Source: Candidatus Hydrogenedentota bacterium (GTDB lineage: Bacteria > Hydrogenedentota > Hydrogenedentia > Hydrogenedentales > SLHB01). From it: DNA of 64,000 nt. Each line of letters starts with the position of its first letter. Position 1 is the first letter of the stretch. Positions 39,662-49,661 of the stretch are shown in pieces. The notes below the pieces were generated by a model. It ran no database searches and was not told where the DNA came from. It saw nothing but the letters and a program-made list of their open reading frames with translations. The position numbers and the translations under genes are program-made. The stretch spans positions 32,001-96,000 of the forward strand of contig CAVUWV010000031.1 in the NCBI GenBank assembly GCA_963745075.1. Direction: 5' to 3'.

Positions 39662-40771
39662 TTAGATAAAGCTCAATCCGTAGCGAAGACTCGGCGCCGG
39701 GAAGAGCTTCGCGAAGACGCCGGAAGGGCGGTTGCGTTCGTGGTGTCCGAATACAAACTCTTCCGCGGACATGAGATCGTCCAGTTCGGCGGATTCGTCG
39801 CCACACGTGAACACGAATCGTCCTTCCTCCGTGAGCACGGCGAGGCTGCGAGCCGCTTCCGGCCCCGCAGTCGTTTCAAACCAGGGACGCAACCGGTCCA
39901 GCAACTGGCGGAAATTCAAGACGAGCAGGGTTCCGGAAGTGTGAATCGGTTCGAGGGACGCCCTGGCCCGATTGAGGTGTTCGAGCAAAATCGGATCGGT
40001 ACCCTGAACCGTCAGTTGCAGGGTTTTCGCGTCGTGGCGCTCCATGACCTGCGCGAGAGCGCCCAGAACAAGGATTGCATCGCCCGCATACTCCATCACC
40101 CGGCAGCGCCAATCTTGCTGCGACACCCGGCAGATGATGTAGCCGCAGGGCCTCCCGGCGTACGTTATGGTCAAGAAATCAACGTCGTAGGTCTGACAGA
40201 TCCGGGACTGGATTGCGCTGGCCCAATCCAGCGTCGGACGAATGTAGTAGGCGACCTTCTGCTGGTAAGCGGCGGTCCACACTCGTAAGTCGCCATCTTC
40301 AAAAGGACGAATGGCAACGTCCGCTATCGTAAGTCCGTCAGCGACAGCACGTTCGACCGTCGCTCGGAAGTCCAGCCCGACATCCGCCGCACCCATGCGG
40401 CGGTAGAGGCCGCGTCCGCCGGAAATCATGAAGAAGTCGACGCCGCCTGCCGTCGCCTCGGCGCAAGCTTGGGCCAAGAGTCGGCTGGCCAGCGCTTTAC
40501 CGCGATGGGTCTCATCTGTGGCCACGGCGCCGACCAAACCCACCCGCAGCGTACACCCGCCCAGACTGGCCCAGCGTTCGGTCCGGCCCACGTGACTGAC
40601 GATGCGGTCGCCATCGGAAAAGACGAGCAAGTTGTCCACGTTCTGTTCGTTGAACAGGGTGGAAAAGGCCTGGTGCATCGACCCGGGGGCACCGTCCATA
40701 AACACGTCGTCGACAAGATCGTCGAGCGCGGGCAGTTCGTGGGGCTCCAAGTGGCGCGGTCCATCCAGCAT
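39662..40771 (-). CDS. GNAT (Eis-like) N-acetyltransferase
   Basis: VGAVAT...RGKALAS.LL, ISG.RGLYRRMG. Confidence 0.85.
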   Translation of the reverse strand: MLDGPRHLEPHELPALDDLVDDVFMDGAPGSMHQAFSTLFNEQNVDNLLVFSDGDRIVSHVGRTERWASLGGCTLRVGLVGAVATDETHRGKALASRLLAQACAEATAGGVDFFMISGGRGLYRRMGAADVGLDFRATVERAVADGLTIADVAIRPFEDGDLRVWTAAYQQKVAYYIRPTLDWASAIQSRICQTYDVDFLTITYAGRPCGYIICRVSQQDWRCRVMEYAGDAILVLGALAQVMERHDAKTLQLTVQGTDPILLEHLNRARASLEPIHTSGTLLVLNFRQLLDRLRPWFETTAGPEAARSLAVLTEEGRFVFTCGDESAELDDLMSAEEFVFGHHERNRPSGVFAKLFPAPSLRYGLSFI

Positions 40772-40968
40772 CAGGGGCCTCTCCTTTCCAGCGTCTGAGT
40801 GCAGCGCAACGCAGGGAACAAACACCCTGTATTCATACGATTGATTCGATACGCCCTACAGCAATTCATCGTTGTCATTATCCCCCTCTTGGACTACAAT
40901 ATGCTTAGGTTACACAAAACCATTTTTCGGCGTCGACGTGGCAGCGACGCAACGTGGGGGGTACCACC

Positions 40969-42120
40969 ATGCACAAGAATCTTATCGGAATTCTATCACT
41001 TCTTGTTGCGATCTCGATTATCGCGGGTTGTCCTCGTGGACACAGAACCAGTCCGCGATACACCGTAACCGACCTCGGCACCTTGGGCGGCAATCTCAGC
41101 AATGGGTTGGCGGTGAACGACCAGGGCCAAGTGGTCGGTTTGTCAAAGGACGCATCGGGGTTCACGCTGGGCTTCGTGTGGGATGAAGCGACCGGGATTC
41201 ATTCGGTCGGGGCCCTTGGATCCAGGAGTGAGGCCTGGGACATTAATGAATACGGCCAAGTCGTCGGGGAATCCGTAATCTCCGGGGGCGACAGTCATGC
41301 TTTTCTCTGGACGCCGGACACGATGAACGGCACGACCGGCGCCATGGTGGACCTCGGCACGTTGGGCGGCCCGGGCTCCGGGTCGTGGCAAATCAACGAT
41401 ATGGGGCAAGTGACCGGCTGGGCGGATATCCCGACATGGTGGCGGCCGTTTCTGTGGACGCCGACCAGCCCGAACGGCAGTTCAGGGACCATGGCGGACT
41501 TGGGCACACTCGGCGGACCGTATGGGGAAACATACGCCATCAACGCGATGGGGCAAACGGCGGGAAAATCGCTCGAACCCGACCATAACTATACGCGCGC
41601 CACGCTATGGACCCCGGATACCGCGAACGGTGACACTGGAATGTTGGACGACATCGGGACGCTGGGCGGCAACACGGCGGAAGCCCGCGACATCAACGCC
41701 TCGGGTGAGGTCGTCGGGAAATCGGCCTTGGAGGGGGACGCGGAGGAGCACGCGTTCAAGTGGACGCCGGACGCGCCGAACGGCTACGTGGGCGCCATGG
41801 TAGATCTGGGAACCCTTGGGGGGGACACCAGTTACGCCTACGGCATAAACGACCAGGGAGAGGCTGTGGGACAGTCTACGTATGCGGATGCCAGCGAAGG
41901 CGCGTTCTTGTGGGATTCCACCCGGGGAATGGTGGACCTGAATGCGTATCTCGTGGGCAGGGACCGATACGATTCCGAGACCGGCATGGGATGGCAGATT
42001 TCCATCGCGCGGGACATCAATTGCGACGGGTGGATCGTCGGGACCGGCACCTTGAATGACGGTGAACCGCATGCCGTGTTACTGCGGCCCGCCGGACACT
42101 GCGTCACGTGCGCTGATTGA
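40969..42120 (+). CDS. Extracellular HAF-repeat (lipo)protein
   Basis: Lipobox IAGC; repeated DLGTLGG...A..IN..GQVVG...HAF.W units. Confidence 0.9.
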   Translation: MHKNLIGILSLLVAISIIAGCPRGHRTSPRYTVTDLGTLGGNLSNGLAVNDQGQVVGLSKDASGFTLGFVWDEATGIHSVGALGSRSEAWDINEYGQVVGESVISGGDSHAFLWTPDTMNGTTGAMVDLGTLGGPGSGSWQINDMGQVTGWADIPTWWRPFLWTPTSPNGSSGTMADLGTLGGPYGETYAINAMGQTAGKSLEPDHNYTRATLWTPDTANGDTGMLDDIGTLGGNTAEARDINASGEVVGKSALEGDAEEHAFKWTPDAPNGYVGAMVDLGTLGGDTSYAYGINDQGEAVGQSTYADASEGAFLWDSTRGMVDLNAYLVGRDRYDSETGMGWQISIARDINCDGWIVGTGTLNDGEPHAVLLRPAGHCVTCAD

Positions 42121-42189
42121 TCCGCAGCGTGTAACGTCTGGATGATTTGCCGTTTACCGGCATCGGGCGGGAATTGTGGGTGTCCGGCG

Positions 42190-43197
42190 CTACGGTTCAT
42201 CCACCGAGTCGGTGTTATCCACGCCCTGAGTCCCGAAAACATTCAGGAATGGTGATTGAGTCGCCCCATGATTTTGCATATAGGGTGTGGGGTTGGACGA
42301 CGACGAGTGGGTCACTGAGAACGAATAGGAACGGGGGTAGGGGTAATAGCGGTGGTGGTACCCGTACGGGTAGTAACGGCCATACAAAGGCCACCGCCAA
42401 TACTCGTTGTTCAGATATAGGTTCTGATTCCGGAGATACTGTTCCTGCGCTTGCAGATTGTACAAGTAATCCTCCCGCGCTTGGGCTTTGGCTTGGGCCG
42501 CAACCACTTGTTGTTGCCGAAGCGCTTCCGCCTGGCGGCGTGCCTGTTCTTCCAGCAATTGGCGGCGTTCTTCCGCTCGGCGCAATCGTTCCTGGTTCAC
42601 GCGGGCTTGCAGTTCATAGTTGGGTGTCTCGTTTCCTTTCATGCGCAGCGTCGTCGATCCGTCGTCGGAGATGACGATCTCGCGGTAGCCTTCGGCATCG
42701 GACTGCAGCACGTAGGACCGGTCCACCGAAGTCGTTTCGGACAGCGAGTTTCCCCAGATTCCCAGCTTGTTCGTCTGCGCCTGGTCCTGCAACGCGGCAT
42801 AGTCCGCCTGTTCCGGGGCACGGACTTTGTCCCATTCGACAAGACCGTATTGCAAGAGAACGGCGGCCGGATCGGTGCCGTCCTCCAATTCCACCGTCAC
42901 GTAGTTCATCCCCCGGCTCTCACGGACCACGTGGATGTAAACGGGCTGATTGAGAACCAATTCTTGCAGAAACTGTTTGGCGACATCGCCTTCGGGCGTA
43001 TCAAGCTTCGGGGCTTTGACTCCGTATAGCACGGCAAGCTGGGACTCCTCGCCCCGGACCAATTTCATGCTGTGCCCGCCGAGGACCGATGCGACGGTCC
43101 ATGGTTCAGCCGCGACTGCAACGTGGGAAAGGAATGCCAGACCCAGGAATAGGGCGAAGTGCGTTGCGAGGTTCCGACGCCAAGACAGCTTTCTCAT
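42190..43197 (-). CDS. Thermonuclease (SNase)-like protein with coiled-coil and Tyr-rich tail
   Basis: LYGVKAP, AKQFL..L, LL..GL, Q..A....LGIW; signal peptide. Confidence 0.75.
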   Translation of the reverse strand: MRKLSWRRNLATHFALFLGLAFLSHVAVAAEPWTVASVLGGHSMKLVRGEESQLAVLYGVKAPKLDTPEGDVAKQFLQELVLNQPVYIHVVRESRGMNYVTVELEDGTDPAAVLLQYGLVEWDKVRAPEQADYAALQDQAQTNKLGIWGNSLSETTSVDRSYVLQSDAEGYREIVISDDGSTTLRMKGNETPNYELQARVNQERLRRAEERRQLLEEQARRQAEALRQQQVVAAQAKAQAREDYLYNLQAQEQYLRNQNLYLNNEYWRWPLYGRYYPYGYHHRYYPYPRSYSFSVTHSSSSNPTPYMQNHGATQSPFLNVFGTQGVDNTDSVDEP

Positions 43198-43319
43198 GAG
43201 CCTTCTCCCCGGTCTCCCTTGCGGCGGCGGGAGTTCGAAGCGGGCGAATTGTCCTGTCAAAAGTCTAGTATGCTTTGTCCAGCATATCAATTAGACGAAA
43301 TCTTTGCCGATTTGTTCGT

Positions 43320-44690
43320 CTAGCGAACTTTCCACACGTGAATCACCGGCTTGGCGTCATCGGCAAATGGCTCCAGAACATAGAGTACGTCGCGTTCACG
43401 GTCATAGGCCACCGGGCCGACACGGTAGCGGCGTTGGACGCCGGTCCCGATCATTTCGGGCTCGACACCGGCCGGGTTGAGTAGCAGTTGACTGTCGATG
43501 CCGAGGCGCGCGTAGGGCTGGGGCTCCCACGGTTCCATGTCCCCCTTCGCGACGCGCGCCAGATCGTCGGGGTTGTAAAGGATCATCATGGCGGTCATGT
43601 GGGAACTCCACCAGCCGCGGTAGTCGTTGTGGCCGTCGCACCCGGTCAGGTCTTGCGGCGGGCAGGGTGAACCGTCGGCCTGCCGGCAGGTGGGAAAATC
43701 GTTCACGAAGGCGGTTTCGATGCAGGGCACGTCGGGTCCGGCCGGGTTCACCCACCCATACCAGTACTTGGCCCCGGTTCCTTTCGTGCCCGCGAAGAGG
43801 ACCGCCGTCTTACCGCTTGTTGTGGAAAGCCAGGCGCCGCCCTCCCATTCGTCAACGTGCTGGTAGCCTTGAAGTGAGCGATTGACCACGTCTTCGCTGT
43901 TCTGCGAACTCTGATACTGAAGCAACACCGTCGCTTCCAGATGGGTTCCTGCGGGCGATGGCGATCCGTTGTCCGCCCACGGTCGATAGGCAAAGAGGGC
44001 CGGCCCTTGTCCCGACCAGCCGCCGTCGCGGAACCGGCCGGTCGCAAGCAGTTGACCGCCGACGTTTGCGGCCGCCCATGCGGGAGGAATTGCGAAGAGA
44101 TAGTCGTTGACGCTGTACAGGGAGTAGTTGCCGATATACCAAGCTCCTTGGGGACTCGGCGCCGACAGGTTGGGATCGATCCACGCATGGGTGGGTCCCG
44201 TGGCATCTTCATGGAAGTGCTGACCCCAAGCGAGATGAATCTTGGGCCCCGTTTCCGGCGTGTCCAGGTACTCCATCCCGGTACGCGGGATTTCGGCGTA
44301 TTCGGTGAACATTCCGCGGGCGGCGTTCTGGAAGGGCTGGATGAATTGGGCTTGAGGCAGGGCCGCGGGGTCCTTGGACCGCAGCGGCGACGGGATGGCG
44401 ATCTCGGCGATCTGATTTCCGTCCGGCAGTTCGCCGTAGGGTAATCGCACGTGCCCCATCACGTAGAGCGAGCCCGGGTATCCGTCTGCGGCTCCGGAGG
44501 GATCGCCGTTGGGATTGCATGTCATCGCGCCGCCGCCATAGGCAAACGTCTGAGGCCGCTCATCGCCGCCGGGTAATCTGAAGGCACCGAGATAGGTGAA
44601 GTCGTCGGGTTGGACGAGCGTGGTTTGGGCGGAAACGGCGGCCGCAAGGAGTAGTACGGCAGCCGCGAAATAGACGTGGTTCACTCGCAT
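43320..44690 (-). CDS. Secreted hypothetical protein
   Basis: Signal peptide; D(F)TYLGAFRLP start and KPVIHVW end; long GC3-biased ORF. Confidence 0.75.
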   Translation of the reverse strand: MRVNHVYFAAAVLLLAAAVSAQTTLVQPDDFTYLGAFRLPGGDERPQTFAYGGGAMTCNPNGDPSGAADGYPGSLYVMGHVRLPYGELPDGNQIAEIAIPSPLRSKDPAALPQAQFIQPFQNAARGMFTEYAEIPRTGMEYLDTPETGPKIHLAWGQHFHEDATGPTHAWIDPNLSAPSPQGAWYIGNYSLYSVNDYLFAIPPAWAAANVGGQLLATGRFRDGGWSGQGPALFAYRPWADNGSPSPAGTHLEATVLLQYQSSQNSEDVVNRSLQGYQHVDEWEGGAWLSTTSGKTAVLFAGTKGTGAKYWYGWVNPAGPDVPCIETAFVNDFPTCRQADGSPCPPQDLTGCDGHNDYRGWWSSHMTAMMILYNPDDLARVAKGDMEPWEPQPYARLGIDSQLLLNPAGVEPEMIGTGVQRRYRVGPVAYDRERDVLYVLEPFADDAKPVIHVWKVR

Positions 44691-44859
44691 GGCGAAATCC
44701 CCCGGCGTGTCGCCTGAACGTGCATGCCCCCGCCTGCATCTGCCGTTAGCATAACATGAAAACGTCTTCATTGCTTGGAGTCTTCGACGATCGCGTCAAT
44801 CTGAGTCCGGCACCCCGGTTGGGGTATAATCCGGCTTCTCAGTCCTGGAGGGTAGGTAG

Positions 44860-45231
44860 ATGGTTTTACGCGTTGTCTCGATCATCATGTTCTTTTTGCT
44901 GCTGCTTTGCGTAGCGGTTCAGTACAATGACCCCGATGGGCCGGTGTGGATGGCGATTTACGGCTATGGGGCTGTCATTACCGCCATGGCGATCGGCCGG
45001 CGGTATACGGTCTTCGCGCTGGTAGGGTTTATCGGTTATCTGGCCGGGTTTATCTATTGGGTTCCCGGCGTGGTGGTCGACAATCCGTCCGACATTTTGA
45101 CGGACTTGCAGATGGGGCACCAGGGCGTGGAGGAAGCGCGCGAGGCCTTCGGGCTGCTGTTGACGGGGGTCTGGATGCTGGTGCTCGCGATTGTGTGGTA
45201 TCGCCACCGGTCGCGCACGCTCGTCGACTAA
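44860..45231 (+). CDS. TMEM220-family membrane protein
   Basis: VQYNDPD..VW..IY, EEARE.FGL. Confidence 0.85.
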   Translation: MVLRVVSIIMFFLLLLCVAVQYNDPDGPVWMAIYGYGAVITAMAIGRRYTVFALVGFIGYLAGFIYWVPGVVVDNPSDILTDLQMGHQGVEEAREAFGLLLTGVWMLVLAIVWYRHRSRTLVD

Positions 45232-45278
45232 CGTCGCGACGGGCAACGTGCGGTTTTTTGGTACCGGGGAGCCGGATT

Positions 45279-46103
45279 ATGCAGCACGAAACGACGATAC
45301 GGCTCGGATTCTTCTTTGGCGTATTCGTATTGATGGCGTTGTGGGAGCTTGCGGCGCCACGCCGGAAACGGGTTATGGGGCGAGGAGTCCGATGGTTTTC
45401 GAATCTCGGGCTGGTCGTGCTGGATACGGTGCTGCTACGGTTAGTCTTCCCGTTGGTCGCGGTCGGAATGGCGCTGAAAGCACAAGAATGGGGCTGGGGG
45501 TTGTTCAACCGCATCGACGCGCCATCCTGGGTTGCGGTGCTGGTATCGTTCGCCGCACTCGACTTCGTCATTTACCTTCAACACGTTATGTTTCACGCGG
45601 TGCCGCTCTTCTGGCGGTTTCACATGGTGCATCACGCCGACCTCGATCTGGACGTGAGCAGCGGATTGCGGTTTCATCCCGTCGAGATTCTGCTATCCAT
45701 GGGAATCAAGATCGCGGTCGTCGCGGTATTGGGCCCGCCGGTGGTGGCGGTGCTAATCTTCGAAGTCGTACTGAACGCGACGTCCATGTTCAATCACAGC
45801 AACGTGCGCATGCCCGGTCTCGTGGACCGAGTTTTGCGCTGGTTCGTGGTAACGCCGGACATGCATCGCGTCCACCATTCTATCGAAGTACGCGAAACAA
45901 ACAGCAATTTCGGGTTCAATCTGCCGTGGTGGGATCGGCTGTGCGGGACCTATACGGACCAACCGGCTGCGGGACACGAGGGTATGATCATCGGGCTGAC
46001 CCAGTTTCGGGACGCCTCGCTCCAGTACTTTCACCGGCTCTTATTGCTGCCGTGGACCGGCCAAACCGGCGAGTACCCCGTCAACCGGCGCAAGCGCAGT
46101 TAA
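45279..46103 (+). CDS. Sterol desaturase / fatty acid hydroxylase family protein
   Basis: His boxes HVMFH, HMVHH, FNHSN, HRVHH; SNFGF..PWWDRL.GT. Confidence 0.92.
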   Translation: MQHETTIRLGFFFGVFVLMALWELAAPRRKRVMGRGVRWFSNLGLVVLDTVLLRLVFPLVAVGMALKAQEWGWGLFNRIDAPSWVAVLVSFAALDFVIYLQHVMFHAVPLFWRFHMVHHADLDLDVSSGLRFHPVEILLSMGIKIAVVAVLGPPVVAVLIFEVVLNATSMFNHSNVRMPGLVDRVLRWFVVTPDMHRVHHSIEVRETNSNFGFNLPWWDRLCGTYTDQPAAGHEGMIIGLTQFRDASLQYFHRLLLLPWTGQTGEYPVNRRKRS

Positions 46104-46117
46104 TTTCCCAACGAAAT

Positions 46118-46555
46118 CTATGCGTTTTGCAGGAAGAAGCCAGATACCTCGCCGGAGGAATTGAAGACCACTTTGGCATTGAGCGTCGCTCGCTCAAACT
46201 TACACTCGACGTATACCGCGTCGAACCCCTGTTCGCGGGTGGTCCGAACCTTACCCCTGCTCTGAAATGGGCCGGCCTGTTGTGTTAACGCCGACCACGT
46301 GTCGCGCAGCTTGGATTCGGGCAGTGCGGATTTCATAGTTGTGTCAAATGTTCCCACGACGCCCGCAAACTCTGCTTTCGCAAGCATGTCTACAACGCCA
46401 GTTGCCTTAGTTTCGAGACTGGGACCCCCCGACGCGGAGTCCGCGGTTCCCGTGTTCACCGCCTGGCTGGAATCGGCGGTTTGGTTGCAGCCGCAGATTA
46501 GAATCGCGGTGACGGCGACCGCGGCGATCATTGCAGTTTGCAGTGTGTGTTGCAT
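46118..46555 (-). CDS. DUF3887-like lipoprotein
   Basis: Lipobox ICGC; FD.TMKSAL....L...W, C.FE, VVFN..G.VSGFF. Confidence 0.75.
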   Translation of the reverse strand: MQHTLQTAMIAAVAVTAILICGCNQTADSSQAVNTGTADSASGGPSLETKATGVVDMLAKAEFAGVVGTFDTTMKSALPESKLRDTWSALTQQAGPFQSRGKVRTTREQGFDAVYVECKFERATLNAKVVFNSSGEVSGFFLQNA

Positions 46556-46663
46556 GACAGGATCCCCCAATGGTTCGATTCGCGTTGTTACGATTCAACA
46601 TAAACCATGCTTCGTGTGAATCGGAGATTCCAATGAACGGACGTTCACAGGCACTCCGGTTCA

Positions 46664-47344
46664 CTACGCACCGGCATGGTACACGACCCCAAACACTATC
46701 TTTGATATGACTTCTGCGGCGACCAGCAAAACGATGAATACGCCAATCGCTTTGCCGCCCGACACGTTGCAGGAAACGGCGAAGGCGCGGTACATGAGCG
46801 CGACCATCCATACGATCATGACCAACATTGTCAAGACTGCGACTCCAAGGAGAACCAGGTCAAATGGCGCGATGGAGCCGAAGAGATCGGAAGGCATCAC
46901 GTTTCGACCGGCAGCCGCATTTGCTTGCATCGTCATCGTCGCCTGGATGAGCTGTTGGCTCGCCCGTTGGACCGGCGGAGGCCACACCAAAATCGCCGTG
47001 ATCAGAGCCGGAAAACGGGCGAGTGCCTGCGTACCGAACACGTCAACGATGCGAATCCGGCTCCTCGACAACAGCATTCCGCCCAAGAGAAGCAGGACGC
47101 TCACGATAATCCAGTCAATTGGACCTTCGATCCAGTAGATCCACACCGGGGTGAACGTACCGGTATGGAAGTCCAACACGCCGTCAAAGTGACTTCCTGT
47201 AGCCCAATTGACGCAGCCGGCGGCCAGGATTGCAGCGAGCCCGACACCTAGGGCCGGGGCTCCGGCAATGTAGTGAAATGGGTTAAAGACCCAGGTCGCC
47301 CATCCGCCAGATGACTCACTTTCCCCAGACGTTGTGTCGTTCAT
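46664..47344 (-). CDS. YIP1-like membrane protein
   Basis: FNPF.YIAG, HFDGVLD, R.VD.FGT..LAR; multiple TM helices. Confidence 0.7.
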   Translation of the reverse strand: MNDTTSGESESSGGWATWVFNPFHYIAGAPALGVGLAAILAAGCVNWATGSHFDGVLDFHTGTFTPVWIYWIEGPIDWIIVSVLLLLGGMLLSRSRIRIVDVFGTQALARFPALITAILVWPPPVQRASQQLIQATMTMQANAAAGRNVMPSDLFGSIAPFDLVLLGVAVLTMLVMIVWMVALMYRAFAVSCNVSGGKAIGVFIVLLVAAEVISKIVFGVVYHAGA

Positions 47345-47652
47345 TTCTCACTCTCCGTCTTCGGCTCTTGGGTTTCCCGAAGCGCACGAACCTTTGCCCG
47401 TAGTGCGTCCAGGCGGTTTCGGACCGTTGGATACGAGACGCGATATCGCTGTGCCAACCCTTTGAGGCTACCGCTCTCTTCCAGCAGCAGTAGCAGGAAC
47501 TCCTGTTCATCTGGCGCCAACTGCGCGAGAACCGGCAATGGAAATTCGCCTTCAACGGCGGTATTGCACGCACCGCATGCGAATCGCTGTACCTTCAGGG
47601 ACGCGCCGCAACTCGGGCATAGCCTTGGCAATAATCGGTCATCTGCTGGCAT
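47341..47652 (-). CDS. DUF2089 (Zn-ribbon plus HTH) protein
   Basis: CPSCG..L.V....C..C.T.VEG.F, GSLK.LA....VSYPTVRNRLD. Confidence 0.92.
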   Translation of the reverse strand: MPADDRLLPRLCPSCGASLKVQRFACGACNTAVEGEFPLPVLAQLAPDEQEFLLLLLEESGSLKGLAQRYRVSYPTVRNRLDALRAKVRALRETQEPKTESEK

Positions 47653-47816
47653 TGATTACCTTTCAGTCCTTAAGTTGTCCATTCGATTTATACATCATTT
47701 CATATCGAATGTCAAATCTATATTGAATAATATTTATTCTATAGTAAATAAATCGTAATTATAAGTAAATAAATATTCGAAAAAACGGGTGTATTTCAGT
47801 CAAGGCGGGGCTGGGA

Positions 47817-47849
47817 AAAGAGCGCGCCCACCCCGGAGGGTGGGCGCGC
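47817..47849 (-). terminator. Rho-independent terminator
   Basis: GCGCGCCCACCC/GGGTGGGCGCGC stem followed by TCTTTT on the minus strand. Confidence 0.75.
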
Positions 47850-47878
47850 AGAGCGATCCTCAAACTGCGGAAGCGCGT

Positions 47879-49465
47879 TTAGAAGCAAATTCTCGTTTCG
47901 AACGTGATGAATTCGCCACTGTCTTTATCCGACCCGCCGGCAAAGACGAGGCCGTTGTTCGCGAAGAAGCTACCGTCCTGGATGGCATCACCCGGGAACA
48001 GGTGGGACCAGTGCGCCATGAACATCAGGTCTTCGCTGTAGTGATAGGTCAGCACGAGGTCTGAAACGTAACCGATTTCGTCATCGGCCTCTTGAGTCCA
48101 AAAGGACAGGGCCGGCGCGAGGGGAACGCGCCATCCCCCGAGATTCGCGTAGGCTGGCAAGTCAAAGGGCTCGTCCACGAGAAAGTATCCGACGCTCGCA
48201 AACAGGTCCAGGGACTCGGTCGGGTGCGCGATGGCGCCTACCATAAAGACGTGCCCGTTGGAGAAGTCGTTTTGCAGGTCGAAGAACCCGTTATACATGT
48301 GGTTGGAGAAGAGGCGGTTGAAGCTGACGCTCGCCTCCGGGCGGTCGAACGGGTTCAACCATTCCCCGAAGGAGAGGTCGCGATTGTCTTCGCCCTGATA
48401 GTAGGCGTATTTGGCGAAGATACGCGGCTGCCACATGATGTCGAACGAGTATCCCACTTCCGCGGTGGCCCCCCAGGCGTCGAATTCGGCTCCGTCATCG
48501 CCGTACAGGAACGGTTTGAAGGAGAAGCCTTCGCGATCGGCATCGCCGAACTGGTACGCGGCTTCAACGTCAAAATCGAGCGCGCCCACTGCGCCGGCGG
48601 CACGCAAGCCGACCGTGTGCAGGTTGGTGGCGTCGTAATCGTCGACGTTGACAAGTTCTTCGAGCCATTCGATGGGTGCGATGAAGTTGGTGTCGTTCAA
48701 GCTGCGTGCGTCACGCAACCACATCCAGTACGCGTCGAAGGTGATGTTTTCGAGTGCGGTGCAACTGGCGTAGACGCCGTAGAACCAGACGTCGCCGTCT
48801 TGCTCGTTGATCCCGCCTTCGAACAACTGGGTGGCCCACGCGTCGACGCGGTAAGTATCGCCGGGCAAGGTCAGGCGCAGACCGTCGAACGAACGGCCGC
48901 GATAGAAGGGACCGAAATCCTTCGGGCCAACAAGCCACTGGCTGCCAAAAGCGAGTTCCTGACGGCCGATGCGCATTTGCAGCGGAGTGCCCCACATATT
49001 CTGGGCTTCGATATACGCTTGGTAGACCTCGACATCGTCGCTGGTGACGGCGCGCGAATCCGCACCGGTGACGTAGTCGGAACGGAAATCCTCGCCCCAG
49101 AAGTCGTAGCTTTCCAACTCGATGAACGCGGAGACGTCATTGGTGAAGTCGGCTTTGACGTTAAGGCGGGTGCGTTGTTCCGTCAGCCACAAGTCGTTCG
49201 TCTTGTTGTCGAACGCGTATGGGCTCACGAGACCAAGCCCGTTATAGGCCGGCGCCCCGGAGACGAATTCGCCGATCGCCCGGCGCGGCACGAAATAGTT
49301 TGGAACGCGGACTTCGAACGGCCCGGGCTGAACGGCCCAATTAATAATCCAGTCGGTTTTGATGCGCAGCTCTCCGCCGACCTGGACGTTCTCCAGTTCC
49401 GCCATAGCGCTGAATGAACCTGCCACGAGACACGCGGCAATCAGAATAGTACACAGTCGAGACAT
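47879..49465 (-). CDS. Alginate-export (AlgE)-like outer membrane beta-barrel
   Basis: Signal peptide; QRTRL, YQAYI, RIGRQE..FG.QWL.G, FDG.R; C-terminal Phe. Confidence 0.8.
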   Translation of the reverse strand: MSRLCTILIAACLVAGSFSAMAELENVQVGGELRIKTDWIINWAVQPGPFEVRVPNYFVPRRAIGEFVSGAPAYNGLGLVSPYAFDNKTNDLWLTEQRTRLNVKADFTNDVSAFIELESYDFWGEDFRSDYVTGADSRAVTSDDVEVYQAYIEAQNMWGTPLQMRIGRQELAFGSQWLVGPKDFGPFYRGRSFDGLRLTLPGDTYRVDAWATQLFEGGINEQDGDVWFYGVYASCTALENITFDAYWMWLRDARSLNDTNFIAPIEWLEELVNVDDYDATNLHTVGLRAAGAVGALDFDVEAAYQFGDADREGFSFKPFLYGDDGAEFDAWGATAEVGYSFDIMWQPRIFAKYAYYQGEDNRDLSFGEWLNPFDRPEASVSFNRLFSNHMYNGFFDLQNDFSNGHVFMVGAIAHPTESLDLFASVGYFLVDEPFDLPAYANLGGWRVPLAPALSFWTQEADDEIGYVSDLVLTYHYSEDLMFMAHWSHLFPGDAIQDGSFFANNGLVFAGGSDKDSGEFITFETRICF

Positions 49466-49661
49466 GGTCATTTCCCCCTTCATTGCGACTGCTCCCCCAA
49501 CGCCCTGTATCCCCCACAGGCGCGCTATGGGCATATGGTACGTGTCCGGGTCCCATTAGTCAACCGGCAAACCGTGGGGCTACCGGCCGCCGGACGTGTC
49601 CCAACCCTCTCTCAGGGTATCATCATGCGCGGTACCCCCGAGATCGTGTAGCCTTCCCGCA

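Noticed and set aside
41050..41960. Nucleotide repeats in the HAF gene as a DNA repeat array or DGR target
   Set aside because: They are explained by protein repeats; no reverse transcriptase or adenine-specific variation was seen.
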